64,000 nt of DNA from Acidobacteriota bacterium (GCA_965209055.1 OZ242374.1:2624001-2688000), one strand, 5' to 3'. Counted from the first letter of the stretch, positions 1 to 9,685 are shown. Notes: a model not told the origin generated them from the sequence alone. Translations and numbers: made by a program.

Positions 1-296
1 CCGGCGTCGTCGATCAGGAATATGGCCCGACCGTCCAGGCTCACCACGAAATCGTTGTTGTTCTCCACCACCATGAGCACCGGGAGGATCCGCTTCTTGG
101 CGAACTTGTCGGTGTCGAACAACTGGCGGGCCTTGTGCCGGGTGTCGCAGGGATAGGCGGCAATGATCAGATTCTGGGATTCCTGGTGGGCCGCGTACTT
201 GCTGGCTTCTTTCGTACGGATCTCCACGGAGTCGTAGCCCGGAATCAGGGCGCCCGCCAGAAGTTGGGCGGCCAGAAGAACGTAAATTCCCGTCAT
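1..296 (-). CDS. Hypothetical, probably secreted protein (runs off the window start)
   Basis: ATG at 296. Own translation MTGIYVLLAAQLLAGALIPGYDSVEIRTKEASKYAAHQ... is open to position 1 with a hydrophobic N-terminus. Confidence 0.6.
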   Translation of the reverse strand, partial: MTGIYVLLAAQLLAGALIPGYDSVEIRTKEASKYAAHQESQNLIIAAYPCDTRHKARQLFDTDKFAKKRILPVLMVVENNNDFVVSLDGRAIFLIDDA

Positions 297-360
297 TGCG
301 CTTCGATACTCATTGTAAGCCGTGAGCATCGCATTGTGCCGGGCAGCGGCATCTTCCCGG

Positions 361-918
361 TCAGACCTCCCCCGTTCGCGATGCCCGGTCCAGGATTCGG
401 TCCAGGCGCCGGAGGATCTCGCCTTGCAGAACCGAACGGTTCTTGCGAGTCAGTTTGACCAGTTGCACATCCTCCCGGTCCCGAATTCGCTTCAGAATGC
501 CGGCCCCGTGCAGCGAGATGGTGCCCAGGACCGGACAGGGCGAGTTCAGGAGATCGAGTATCGCCTCCCGCAAAGGCCGGGAGAGGAGTTCCATCTTGGC
601 GATCTCGTCCACCACCATGAGGTCCGGCCGCTTCCTTTTCCAGTCGAGATGAGGCAGGACCAGGTTTTCCAGCATCCCGGGGTGGACGCCGTAAGGTCCC
701 AGCCGGTGTCGGGAGGTCGTCTGGAAGTCCCGGTGCGCAAACACGCCTGAAGGCCCGCTCAGGGCCACCGCCCGGAATCCCGCGCGCCGGCCCCGGGTGC
801 GGATCTCCTCGGTGTAGAAGCCGCTCAGAGCCAGGTGTCCGAGGCGCTCGACAAGCTGTTTGACAAGAGTGGTCTTCCCGATTCCCGGATGTCCCGTGAG
901 CAGCAGGTTCGTGGTCAT
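361..918 (-). CDS. NTPase (THEP1/NTPase_1 family)
   Basis: MTTNLLLTGHPGIGKTT Walker A, GFYTEEIR, VVDEIAKME. ATG at 918 overlaps the stop of the upstream hydrolase. Confidence 0.85.
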   Translation of the reverse strand: MTTNLLLTGHPGIGKTTLVKQLVERLGHLALSGFYTEEIRTRGRRAGFRAVALSGPSGVFAHRDFQTTSRHRLGPYGVHPGMLENLVLPHLDWKRKRPDLMVVDEIAKMELLSRPLREAILDLLNSPCPVLGTISLHGAGILKRIRDREDVQLVKLTRKNRSVLQGEILRRLDRILDRASRTGEV

Positions 919-1937
919 TGCCCGCGCCCCAGGTGGCGATGCAGGTAACGGGTGATGTGCCATCCGTCCATGCAGATGAAGGGGAATCGGGCCGTCGTGT
1001 AGTGGCCGCAGGGGAGCTCGACCCGATCGAACGGGATTCCATGCTCCCGGTATCTCAGAAAGACCTGCTGCGAGAGTTCCGGGGTGAAGGTCAGATCGTA
1101 GCGGGCGGTGATCAGGAGATGGGGCCGCCGGGCCTCCCGGAGCCGGGGAATGAAGTACCAGGGACTGATGGGCGCCCAGCAGTGCTCCAGGTCGTCCCGG
1201 GTGATGTAGCCTTCCAGTCCCCACCGAACGTATCGCGTGGCCAGTCCCGTCCAGACGACCTGGGCGAAGGAGGAGGAGACGTGGTTGAACACGCCGGTCT
1301 CGATGAGTGGGTCATGGACGAAGGCCAGGAACGTGACGCAGGAGCCGATGCTGGTTCCCACGACCCCCACGTGTTCGTAGCCCTCGTCCCGGAGCCAGCG
1401 GGCGGCCTGCAGCACTTCCAGCACGGCTTGGCGCGTGGCCTGAAGGGTCCTGCCGATGTTGGGGCTGACCATGTGTTCGGCCCGGACTTCCCCCGGAGGC
1501 AGCCGGTCTTCGTGGTAGGGCAGGGACAGGCGCACGGCGGTGATGCCCAGGCGTGTCAAGAGCCGGCAAAGTCCCACGTGGCTGGTGGCGTCGGCGTTCC
1601 ACTGGGGGACTACGACGACGGCCCGGCGCCGGTCCGGACCCGGGAAGATCCGGGCATGGACCGTATTGTTCGCGGAATAGTCGCTCTCGACCGGGGTCTG
1701 AAACGTGAGTCGGTCGGCGGAGCGGCGGGGATTTTGCGGGGCCTTGCTCTCGTAGAAGCGATGGTCCGCCAATGCCGTCGTGGCGTACCGCTTCACCTGG
1801 GAGAGGGGATCGCCGCGGCCCGCCCGGCCGAGGCACTCCAAGCCCCAGTCGAAGGGCAGGATCCGGCGGCTCGTATCCCGCAGCGTCAGGGTCCGTTCCC
1901 GGCGCTCGATCCAGCGGCCATATCCCGCAATTCTCAT
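915..1937 (-). CDS. Alpha/beta hydrolase (current start codon lies in a MITE terminal repeat)
   Basis: GTSIG nucleophile elbow, YD and GH catalytic-type motifs. Confidence 0.8.
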   Translation of the reverse strand: MRIAGYGRWIERRERTLTLRDTSRRILPFDWGLECLGRAGRGDPLSQVKRYATTALADHRFYESKAPQNPRRSADRLTFQTPVESDYSANNTVHARIFPGPDRRRAVVVVPQWNADATSHVGLCRLLTRLGITAVRLSLPYHEDRLPPGEVRAEHMVSPNIGRTLQATRQAVLEVLQAARWLRDEGYEHVGVVGTSIGSCVTFLAFVHDPLIETGVFNHVSSSFAQVVWTGLATRYVRWGLEGYITRDDLEHCWAPISPWYFIPRLREARRPHLLITARYDLTFTPELSQQVFLRYREHGIPFDRVELPCGHYTTARFPFICMDGWHITRYLHRHLGRGQ

Positions 1938-2164
1938 CAGGGGGCGTGACGATCGCGCAGGATTTTCGCCCTCAGCGCGTGCTCGCGACCGAGAGCGTAG
2001 TGGTGACTACGTTTGAGGGAGCACGTGCGCGCTGAGGGCGAAAAGACCAGCGAACGCGCGCCCAGCGCAGGCGGTTCCGGAGAAGCCCTGGAAAAAATCT
2101 CATAAATGCCCAAAAAATACCTCTTTTTCATCATACGCATAGCGACCTGGTGAGAAATGCGGGA
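1923..2164. mobile_element. MITE, 242 bp, 19-bp imperfect TIRs, TA target duplication
   Basis: TA|TCCCGCAATTCTCATCAGG (1921-1941) vs CCTGGTGAGAAATGCGGGA|TA (2146-2166), 2 mismatches. Internal perfect 17-bp stem 1963-1979/2028-2044. Removing the element restores ATG AAC ACC TAT GGC CGC TGG. Confidence 0.85.
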
Positions 2165-2171
2165 TAGGTGT

Positions 2172-3266
2172 TCATTCGGACGGCCGATCGGTCGCGCGCT
2201 GTCCGAACTCGAGTTGGAAGAGCTCCAGGAACGACAGTCCCAGGGCCACCAATATGGGACCGAAGATGAGGCCCGGCAATCCCAGGTAGGAAACTCCTCC
2301 CATCAGGGAAAAGAAGACCAGCAGGCTGTGCATCTTCACTCTGCCCTCGATGAAGAAGGGCCGGACCACGTTGTCGAGAAGCCCGACCAGGAGGAAGAGG
2401 CCGATGAACACGAAGCCGCTGGCGCCCGAGACGGTGCCCAGGAGATAGATCGCCCAGGGAACCCAGACGATTGCCGTTCCCACGACGGGAACCAGGGAGA
2501 AGAAGGCCGTGAGCGTGCCCCAGAAAATGGCCTGGTCGATGCCCACGATCCAGAAGACCAGGCCTCCGGCGATCCCTTGGACCACCGCCGTGACCAGGCT
2601 CCCCACGACCGTAGCCGAGGCAACCTGGCGAAACGTGGACATGATCTGGCTCTGATACTCGTCCGAGAGGGGAGACAGATGCCTGAAATCCTGGGTCAGG
2701 CGGGCGCTGTCCCGGAAGAGGAAGAACATGGTGACCAGCATGATCAGGAAACTGGTGACGAAACTCAGCAGTCCGGTCACCAGTTCGGAGCTGTGTTCCA
2801 AGAGGAAGAGGCTGAGTTTCTCCAGAAGCGTGGCCAACCCCTCCCCCAGGTCGAGTTGACCCAGCCCGATCCGGTCCAGGTCGACGTACCGTTCAACGAA
2901 TTGCCGCAGTCGATCCGGGATCATGTCGTCGCTCAATTGCCAGGTGGCGCCCTCCCACTCCCTTTGGTCCAGAGCGGCCTGGAACTTGTTGTAGATCTCC
3001 TGCGCCTGGGTCGTCACCTGGGTCAGAATCAGGGCGAAAGGCAGCAGGATGAGAGCCGTCATCCCCAGGCAGGTGACCAGCGCCGCCAGTCCGTTGCGGC
3101 CCTTCAGCCTCCCGCGGATCCAGTCGAAGGCGGGATAGCACAGGCTCACCAGCACCGCGGCCAACGCCACCGGCAGCAGAAACGGCCGGAAGATCTGCAC
3201 CACGAAATAGAAGACGGGCAGGGAAAAGAGGAGCAGAACCAGTCGCGCGTAGCGTCCCCGATACAT
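2172..3266 (-). CDS. AI-2E family transporter (PerM/YdiK-like)
   Basis: Multi-TM protein with P.VGTAIVWVP, DNVVRP and GG...G.PGLIFGP motifs. Confidence 0.9.
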   Translation of the reverse strand: MYRGRYARLVLLLFSLPVFYFVVQIFRPFLLPVALAAVLVSLCYPAFDWIRGRLKGRNGLAALVTCLGMTALILLPFALILTQVTTQAQEIYNKFQAALDQREWEGATWQLSDDMIPDRLRQFVERYVDLDRIGLGQLDLGEGLATLLEKLSLFLLEHSSELVTGLLSFVTSFLIMLVTMFFLFRDSARLTQDFRHLSPLSDEYQSQIMSTFRQVASATVVGSLVTAVVQGIAGGLVFWIVGIDQAIFWGTLTAFFSLVPVVGTAIVWVPWAIYLLGTVSGASGFVFIGLFLLVGLLDNVVRPFFIEGRVKMHSLLVFFSLMGGVSYLGLPGLIFGPILVALGLSFLELFQLEFGQRATDRPSE

Positions 3267-3426
3267 CAGTCCGAATGATACACTGAAACCCGCTTCCGCA
3301 GTCCGCGGTGAGAGTCCCGCGAAATAGCGACAGCAGTGATCGCCAGGTCATGGCGGCGTCCCTTCGTTCGGCATGCGGCTTTGGTCCGGTAGTGTGACGG
3401 ATACGGCAACCAGCCAGGAAATCCCC

Positions 3427-4389
3427 ATGGATCCCTGTCCCATCTGTCGAGGTCTTGGCTGGGATCACTTCTGCTCCGTTCCGGACCGGCTCCGAAAGAT
3501 CACGGACCAGAGCTGGGAAATCTACCGTTGCCGCTCCTGCGGTTTTGGCCGGACCGAGCCCGCGCCGGGTGAGCAGGACCTCATGGCGTTCTACCCTCCC
3601 GGATACTGGGGAGACGTGGTCAGGACGGTGGAGCAGTTTCGGTCCGGACAACTCGTGTCGGCCCGTTCCTGGCGCCAGGAGGCCGAAAAGGTCCGCTTGC
3701 TGGAACGCTACTTGCGGGAAGGGTCCGTGCTGGATGTGGGTTGCGGGGACGGCAAGTTCCTCTGGGGTCTGGATTCCGGCCGCTGGCGGCGGACCGGGGT
3801 CGAACCCTCGCGGCGAGTGGTCCAACTGGTCCGCGGGCGGATTCCGGGCATCGATTTCGTAGTCGGGGACCTGTACTCGGCTCGTCTGCGGCCGGGTTCC
3901 TTCGACGCCATTACGTTCTGGCACGTGCTGGAGCACATTCCGGAGCCGAGGCGAGTGATGCGCCGGGTCCGGGATCTGCTGCGGCCCGGGGGCTGGCTCA
4001 TCGTCTCGCTGCCCAATCTGAGCAGCTTGCAGGCCCGAATTTTTCGCCGGCACTGGTATGCGTTCGATGACGTCCCCCGCCACCTGTTCCACTACTCTCC
4101 GCGCTCTCTGGCGCTGCTTCTGAAACAGGAGGGATTCGAGGTCAGGGATCAGCTCGGTTTTTCCAGGATCATCGGGTTTCACTGCCTGAAGCACAGCCTG
4201 GTCAACTGGTCGGAAAGCCTCTTCGGCTCCCGGGCGCCCTACTATTCGCTGAAGCCGATCCTGCCCCTGTGCGCTCTTCTGGAACGAGTGGTGCGGCGCT
4301 CCGGAATCATTACTCTGGTCGCCCGGACTCCTGGCCGTCCGCGGCCGGGGCCTGAAGTGAAACAGAGCCCACAACGGTTCGTACTTTAG
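3427..4389 (+). CDS. Class I SAM-dependent methyltransferase with N-terminal Zn-ribbon-like CxxC pairs
   Basis: CPIC...CRSCG, VLDVGCGDG, WHVLEH, LRPGGWL, DVPRHL. Confidence 0.85.
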   Translation: MDPCPICRGLGWDHFCSVPDRLRKITDQSWEIYRCRSCGFGRTEPAPGEQDLMAFYPPGYWGDVVRTVEQFRSGQLVSARSWRQEAEKVRLLERYLREGSVLDVGCGDGKFLWGLDSGRWRRTGVEPSRRVVQLVRGRIPGIDFVVGDLYSARLRPGSFDAITFWHVLEHIPEPRRVMRRVRDLLRPGGWLIVSLPNLSSLQARIFRRHWYAFDDVPRHLFHYSPRSLALLLKQEGFEVRDQLGFSRIIGFHCLKHSLVNWSESLFGSRAPYYSLKPILPLCALLERVVRRSGIITLVARTPGRPRPGPEVKQSPQRFVL

Positions 4390-4397
4390 GTTGGAGG

Positions 4398-4994
4398 ATG
4401 GAGAAGACCGATGCCGAGTTGGTCATCGCGAGCCTCGAGGGCGCGCCATATGCATTCGAGCAGATCGTCCAGCGCTACGAGCGGCTGGTCTTCAGCATCA
4501 TTTACCATCAATTGGGCCGGCGGCGGGAAGTGGAGGACGTGGCTCAGGAAGTCTTTCTCAAGGTCTTCAACTCCCTGGGCCGATTTGATCGGCGCCGCCC
4601 GTTGAAGGCCTGGATCGCCAAGATCACGGTCAACCAATGCCGGGACGTATTGAGAAAGCGACGGAGTTCCAGGGTGGAGGCGTTTTCCAACTTCACCGAG
4701 GAAGAGGAGAGGAGAATCCAGTCCCTTCACGACGTTTCCGCCGGCACCGCCGCCATGACGGAGGCGGAATCCAGAGCCTGCCTCAAGCTCCTGGACCAGC
4801 TCGTGCGCCGCTTGTCTCACAAGGACCGGACTGCATTCCTGCTCAGGGAGGTGGAGGGATTCGGATATGATGAGGTGTCCAAGGCCCTGGGAAGCAGCCA
4901 GGTGGCGGCTCGAATCCGAGTCAGCCGCACCCGCAAGCGGCTGCTTGCGGCGCTGTCTCAAGTCCTTTCCGGCGGAGAAACCTTGAAACCATGA
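4398..4994 (+). CDS. ECF RNA polymerase sigma factor
   Basis: Region 2 EDVAQEVFLKVF, AWIAKI, region 4 HTH; SD GGAGG upstream. Confidence 0.9.
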   Translation: MEKTDAELVIASLEGAPYAFEQIVQRYERLVFSIIYHQLGRRREVEDVAQEVFLKVFNSLGRFDRRRPLKAWIAKITVNQCRDVLRKRRSSRVEAFSNFTEEEERRIQSLHDVSAGTAAMTEAESRACLKLLDQLVRRLSHKDRTAFLLREVEGFGYDEVSKALGSSQVAARIRVSRTRKRLLAALSQVLSGGETLKP

Positions 4995-5413
4995 ATCGGA
5001 AGCACATTCGGTTTGAAGACCTGGAGCCGAACGGGGTCCTGGATGAGGAGCATTTGAAGTCATGCAGGCGGTGCCGCCGGGAATTGCGCGCCTACCGCCT
5101 GTTTCGATTTCACCTGGAGCATTTGCCCCAAATCGAACCTCCGGCCCATTTTGCCCGGACCGTGGCCCGGCTGGCCGAGGAAAGGCGGGTTGTGCCGTTC
5201 GCCCTGTTCCTGGAACGGGCCGCCCGGCAATTGGCCCCCGGTTTGATCACTCTGATGGGAGCCGTCACCATCCTGCTCTACCTGTTTTCACAGCCGGTTG
5301 ACGTGGGCTTGACGCCTATGGAGAGCCTGCCCGAGGAGGCCTCCCTGGAATACACCGTCGATTCCTTGAGGGCGTCGTCGGAAGGGGGTTGGATCATTGA
5401 CGAATCGAACTAA
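4991..5413 (+). CDS. Zinc-binding anti-sigma factor (ZAS) with one TM helix
   Basis: HLKSCRRC (HxxxCxxC), TM segment, ATGA overlap with sigma gene. Confidence 0.75.
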   Translation: MNRKHIRFEDLEPNGVLDEEHLKSCRRCRRELRAYRLFRFHLEHLPQIEPPAHFARTVARLAEERRVVPFALFLERAARQLAPGLITLMGAVTILLYLFSQPVDVGLTPMESLPEEASLEYTVDSLRASSEGGWIIDESN

Positions 5414-5837
5414 GGCCGTCTTCTGGATCATCTTCGTATTCCTCTCGGGCAGCTTCGTCGGTGGCGTCCTGACCCATGTTTTGGTCCGGCCGGCGCACTT
5501 CCATGCCGGAGGCGGCCCGGACCGGCGGCCGCCGGCGCGAGAGCCGGGACAGCCCCGCCGCAACGGGTCGCGGTTTCTCCAACGCCTGGATCAGGCTCTG
5601 GATCTGGACCCGGACCAGGAAGACGAGGTTCGCCGGATCGTGGAGACGACTCGGAAAAGGTTTCGGGGGGCGGCCGAAGAAGCCTCCCGGATGCACAGAG
5701 AGATTCGTAAACAGGCCCGGAATCAGATTCGCGTTCTCCTCAGGCCGGAGCAGGTGGAGAAATACGACGAGATGACCCGGCGGAAGGATCGAAGATTCCG
5801 CGAGGGAAGACGCCGCGGCTCTGGCGCCTGCCAATAG
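5397..5837 (+). CDS. Membrane-anchored periplasmic Spy/CpxP/ZraP-like protein
   Basis: N-terminal TM, LDLDPDQ and LRPEQ (LTxxQ-like) motifs, third gene of the ECF operon. Confidence 0.65.
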   Translation: MTNRTKAVFWIIFVFLSGSFVGGVLTHVLVRPAHFHAGGGPDRRPPAREPGQPRRNGSRFLQRLDQALDLDPDQEDEVRRIVETTRKRFRGAAEEASRMHREIRKQARNQIRVLLRPEQVEKYDEMTRRKDRRFREGRRRGSGACQ

Positions 5838-5882
5838 TTCGGTTCGCCTTTCGAGGCGGTCCCCGCATCTTCCTGTTATAGA

Positions 5883-6728
5883 ATGACAGCTCTTGCATAT
5901 CCGCGGCGAGAGCCGCCGCGGGGTTCGACCAACATTGTTTCCGGACGGGCGCCGGGCCTATTCGTGAGACGAACGGAGCCTCCGGTCACGCTGACACGAA
6001 CGGCTTCTCCCGGTTCTTCCTTCCTCGGCATGTGTTGCCTCGCACTGGTCCTGGCGGGCGGCATCGCCCAGCCGGTCCGGGGCCAGGCTGCAGCCGATTC
6101 CGATCCCAGGAAATGGGAGTTCTCGTTCCTGGCCGGGACCGGGTTCCTGTCCGACGGGACCTTTGGAGCGGCGGCCTCCGGGAATGTTTCCGCCTTGGTC
6201 AGGCTCGACTACGATGCCGGCTACTCGCTCGCATTCGGTGTGATCGAAAACCTGGCCGAGAACTTCGGCGCCGAGATGCGCTACGGCATCGGCAGCCTTC
6301 CGGTCGCGGCCGGCAGCCCGACGGAGGGATCCGCGGCGCCGAAGCAGGCCCATCATGTCCATGGGCTCGTCTACAGCCTGATCGTCTACCCTCAGGGCTG
6401 GCGGCGGGGCCGGTTCGTGCCGTATGCGTTGGCCGGACTCGGAGCGTCGCTGTTCCAGCCATCCGGCAATGCCGATGCGGCCTCCCAGGCCTTGGTCCTG
6501 AAGAACCGCTGGAAATTGGCGGGCGACATGGGCGGTGGCGTCAAACTCTACCTGGATCCGCCGTGGAGCCTCCGTTTCGAGGTTCGCAATCGGATCACGG
6601 GAGTCCCCGATTACGGTCTTCCCCGAGTGGAATCCCAGGGGGAGGGCGCCGGTGCAGTGCCGCCGGCAAGCGGCCGCCTGCACCATTGGCAGTTCCAGGC
6701 CGGGTTCACCTACAACTTCGCCCCCTGA
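5883..6728 (+). CDS. Outer-membrane beta-barrel protein (true start possibly ~6030)
   Basis: Signal-like segment, PYALAGLG strand, C-terminal WQFQAGFTYNF. Confidence 0.7.
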   Translation: MTALAYPRREPPRGSTNIVSGRAPGLFVRRTEPPVTLTRTASPGSSFLGMCCLALVLAGGIAQPVRGQAAADSDPRKWEFSFLAGTGFLSDGTFGAAASGNVSALVRLDYDAGYSLAFGVIENLAENFGAEMRYGIGSLPVAAGSPTEGSAAPKQAHHVHGLVYSLIVYPQGWRRGRFVPYALAGLGASLFQPSGNADAASQALVLKNRWKLAGDMGGGVKLYLDPPWSLRFEVRNRITGVPDYGLPRVESQGEGAGAVPPASGRLHHWQFQAGFTYNFAP

Positions 6729-6823
6729 GCGTCTTCCCGGAAGTTTCCAACCGCGAGTGAGGCCGGGAGACCGGCGGGAGGATCCCTGCACCGCGCCTCT
6801 CACTCCGTCCGGTCTCTCCGGCG

Positions 6824-7606
6824 TCAGTGGGTCATGGCGTAAACGATGTAGTTGATTCCCAATTGGAAGGCCAGATTGGCGTATTTCCGAGGGTATTCTT
6901 CCACTTCGGCCCACTCCCACGCATCTCCGAGATCCACGTTGTGGTTGATCATCACCATGAGGCGGCCCCGCTCATCCATGACGCCCATGTAACGCGCGTC
7001 GTAGCCGCCCTTCTCCCAGGTTTTCCCATAGAACAGGTACTGGATTCCCGGAATCTGAATCAACTCGTCGATGTTGTAGTAGCAATGGAAAACCGGGTGA
7101 GACAAAGGAAGGTCCACCGGCTCGTATTCCGGGAAGACCTTCTTGATCTGCTGGTAGAAGTTGTTCCACTCCCAGGGGCCGTGGAAGTCGTCGACCACGA
7201 GAAAACCGCCCCGCAGGAGGTATTCCCTCAGCTTCGACGCTTCCTGGTCGGAGAGGTGCATCCTCCCGACCTCCACGGCGTAGAGAAAAGGATAGTCGAA
7301 CACCTCCGAGTCCAGTATGGAGAGCGCCTTGTTGCCGGAAGAGACGAAGGTGAAGTCGCTCAATTTCTCCAGGCCGTACAGGAACTGGAGATCGGCTTTG
7401 GGATAGTCGGTCTGCCAACTCCAGTTCCACCCCCGGCGCGCCCAGCCGGGACCCGAGTAGACGAGGCGCAAAAAGGTGAACTCCGAGTCATGCCGGCCTT
7501 CCGCTTCGGGCTCATGGTGGTCGCCTGCGGCAGCCAGGACCAACCAGGTCGCCGGCACCGCCGCGATCAGCAGCCACATCTTTCCGAATGCCGGTCTCCT
7601 GAACAC
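6824..7606 (-). CDS. DUF4159 domain protein
   Basis: WQTDYPKAD, YPFLYAVEVG, GGFLVVDDFHG, DLGDAWE, GINYIVYAMTH. Confidence 0.85.
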   Translation of the reverse strand: MFRRPAFGKMWLLIAAVPATWLVLAAAGDHHEPEAEGRHDSEFTFLRLVYSGPGWARRGWNWSWQTDYPKADLQFLYGLEKLSDFTFVSSGNKALSILDSEVFDYPFLYAVEVGRMHLSDQEASKLREYLLRGGFLVVDDFHGPWEWNNFYQQIKKVFPEYEPVDLPLSHPVFHCYYNIDELIQIPGIQYLFYGKTWEKGGYDARYMGVMDERGRLMVMINHNVDLGDAWEWAEVEEYPRKYANLAFQLGINYIVYAMTH

Positions 7607-7878
7607 GGCTAACGGCCTCGTTGCGGATAAACGGGAGCGTTCATATGAGATGCCGATTCACTGTAAGGGACCCGGGCTTCCGAGACAACTCACAAGATGT
7701 GGGATGAGGCGGGGGAGGCGGCAATCTTTCTGCTCCGTCCATCCGGTGAGACCCTCCCCACGCGGTTCGTCTCCTCGTCTTCGTTCCCACCCTCGTGTAT
7801 ACTCTTTCTCCCGTTGCAATAGTCCACGGGTTGCCTTTTTCTCCTTTCATCTGAAGCGTACTTGGTCGAGGAAATCTG

Positions 7879-9189
7879 ATGCAGTGGATCACGCCGATCG
7901 GTCGTAGTGGACGAGGGAATGACGGGGTGACGGTGGTCTTTGCCAAGGGCAAGTTGGCGATTCTACTGCTTTCGGCGCTGGTGGTCGGCTACGGGCTGGT
8001 GGGCGGATCCATGGACCGGGTCGCGGCCAGAGATGCGTCATACGAGGAAATTGGCCTCTTCATGTCGGTCTTCAGGCGGGTCCGGGACGACTATGTCGAA
8101 GAACCTGTGATGAAGGACGCCCTGTTGGGAGCCCTCCACGGAATGGTCGAGGCGGTGGACCCCTACTCGAGCTTCGTTCCCCAGGCCAGTTACGAGCAAG
8201 TTCAGGCGCGGACCGAAGCCCAGGCCTCGCCCGGGATCTACATTTCCAAACGTTACGGGTACGCCTACGTAGTCGCGGTGGTGCGCGGCAGCCCGGCCGA
8301 GCGGGAAGGAGTGCGCACCGGTGATTGGATCGAGTCCATCGATGCCCGGAAAACGACGCAGATGAGCCGCTGGGAGGCGCAGTACATGCTCGAGGGAGCA
8401 CCCGGCACCGAGGTGAAGCTCAGGTTGATCCGGGCACGCCGGCCGCCCACCGAAATCCGGTTGGTGCGGGAGGCCCCCGTCCCCGAGAAGGTCAAGGCGG
8501 AGGTTGTGGAGACGGGGCTGGGCCAACTCCGGATTCCGAGCCTTCAAACCGGCAGTTCCGGCCAGGTGCGCAAGGGATTGCGGATGCTGCGGTCCGCCGA
8601 TGTGAAGGGACTCCTGCTGGACGTACGGGGTGTGGCCGAGGGGGAGGTGGCGGAGGCCGTCGAGATCGCGGGACTCCTGCTGCCCAAGGGGAGCAAGGTG
8701 CTCACCGTCAAGGATCGTCAGGGTCGTTCCGTGGTGCACGCCACGACCGCCGAGCCCTTGCTGGCCGGCGTTCCCGCGGTGGTATTGGCCGACGGGGGAA
8801 CCAGCGGGGCGGCGGAGATACTTGTGGCGGCGTTGAAGGACCACAAGGCGGCCACGGTGGTGGGTTCGAAGACCGATGGCAGGGGATCAGGACAAGAGCT
8901 TTTCCACCTCGGAGACGGATCGGTCCTGTATCTCGCGACCAAAATCTACTATCGGCCCAACGGCAATGCGATTCAGGAGAAAAAGCTCAAGGATTCGGGA
9001 ATTTCCCCCGATGTTCGAGCTCCGGACGAGGATTTCGTCTCCAGTTTTTACTTGGAGAACGTCTCGGACGACCCCGATGCGGAATTGGGAGTGGACTTTT
9101 ACAAGGGTCTGGAAGAAGCTGTCCGCGAAAGGCAGTTCCAACAGGGGCTCGACAGACTGCGACGCCGCTTGGCCGAGAAAGCTGCATGA
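7879..9189 (+). CDS. S41 (CtpA-like) PDZ peptidase homologue, probably catalytically altered (true start probably ~7930)
   Basis: DPYSSF, PDZ GSPAEREG, LLLDVR; TSGAAE and KTDGRG at the usual SASASE and TFGKG positions. Confidence 0.8.
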   Translation: MQWITPIGRSGRGNDGVTVVFAKGKLAILLLSALVVGYGLVGGSMDRVAARDASYEEIGLFMSVFRRVRDDYVEEPVMKDALLGALHGMVEAVDPYSSFVPQASYEQVQARTEAQASPGIYISKRYGYAYVVAVVRGSPAEREGVRTGDWIESIDARKTTQMSRWEAQYMLEGAPGTEVKLRLIRARRPPTEIRLVREAPVPEKVKAEVVETGLGQLRIPSLQTGSSGQVRKGLRMLRSADVKGLLLDVRGVAEGEVAEAVEIAGLLLPKGSKVLTVKDRQGRSVVHATTAEPLLAGVPAVVLADGGTSGAAEILVAALKDHKAATVVGSKTDGRGSGQELFHLGDGSVLYLATKIYYRPNGNAIQEKKLKDSGISPDVRAPDEDFVSSFYLENVSDDPDAELGVDFYKGLEEAVRERQFQQGLDRLRRRLAEKAA

Positions 9190-9242
9190 GGGTCGGGCTC
9201 GGAAGGATCATATGATCGATCGGCAAGAAAGGAGAACCGGGA

Positions 9243-9515
9243 ATGAACAAGGCTGAGTTGATCGGATCAGTCGCCGGGAAGGCGAAGCTCAGCAAGAGCG
9301 ATGCCCGAGCCGCGGTGGAGGCCGTAGTGTCCACGATCCATGCGGCCATGAAAAACGGCGATAAGGTGTCCCTCGTGGGGTTCGGCACCTTTTCGGCTCC
9401 CGTCCGCCCCGCCCGGTCAGGGCGAAACCCTCAGACCGGAGAAGCGATTCAGATTCCCGCCAGAAAGGTTCCCAAATTCACGCCCGGCAGGTCTTTGAGG
9501 GACTCGATTCAGTAG
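9243..9515 (+). CDS. hup: DNA-binding protein HU
   Basis: MNKAELI, GFGTF, GRNPQTGE, PKFTPG. Confidence 0.95.
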   Translation: MNKAELIGSVAGKAKLSKSDARAAVEAVVSTIHAAMKNGDKVSLVGFGTFSAPVRPARSGRNPQTGEAIQIPARKVPKFTPGRSLRDSIQ

Positions 9516-9610
9516 GGGGCGAGTCCGCCTTCGAGTCCAGGAAATTGTCGACGCGCCTTCGTGGATTGGTCCCGGTGAGATGCGGGATTCGTGTGTTATG
9601 ATCGCCTCGT

Positions 9611-9685
9611 AGGTGCGTAGCTCAGGGGGAGAGCACTTCCTTGACGCGGAAGGGGTCAGCGGTTCAAATCCGCTCGCACCTACCA
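9611..9685 (+). tRNA. tRNA-Val(GAC)
   Basis: Cloverleaf AGGTGCG/CGCACCT, anticodon arm CTTCC-TT-GAC-GC-GGAAG, GGTTCAAATCC, CCA end. Confidence 0.97.
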
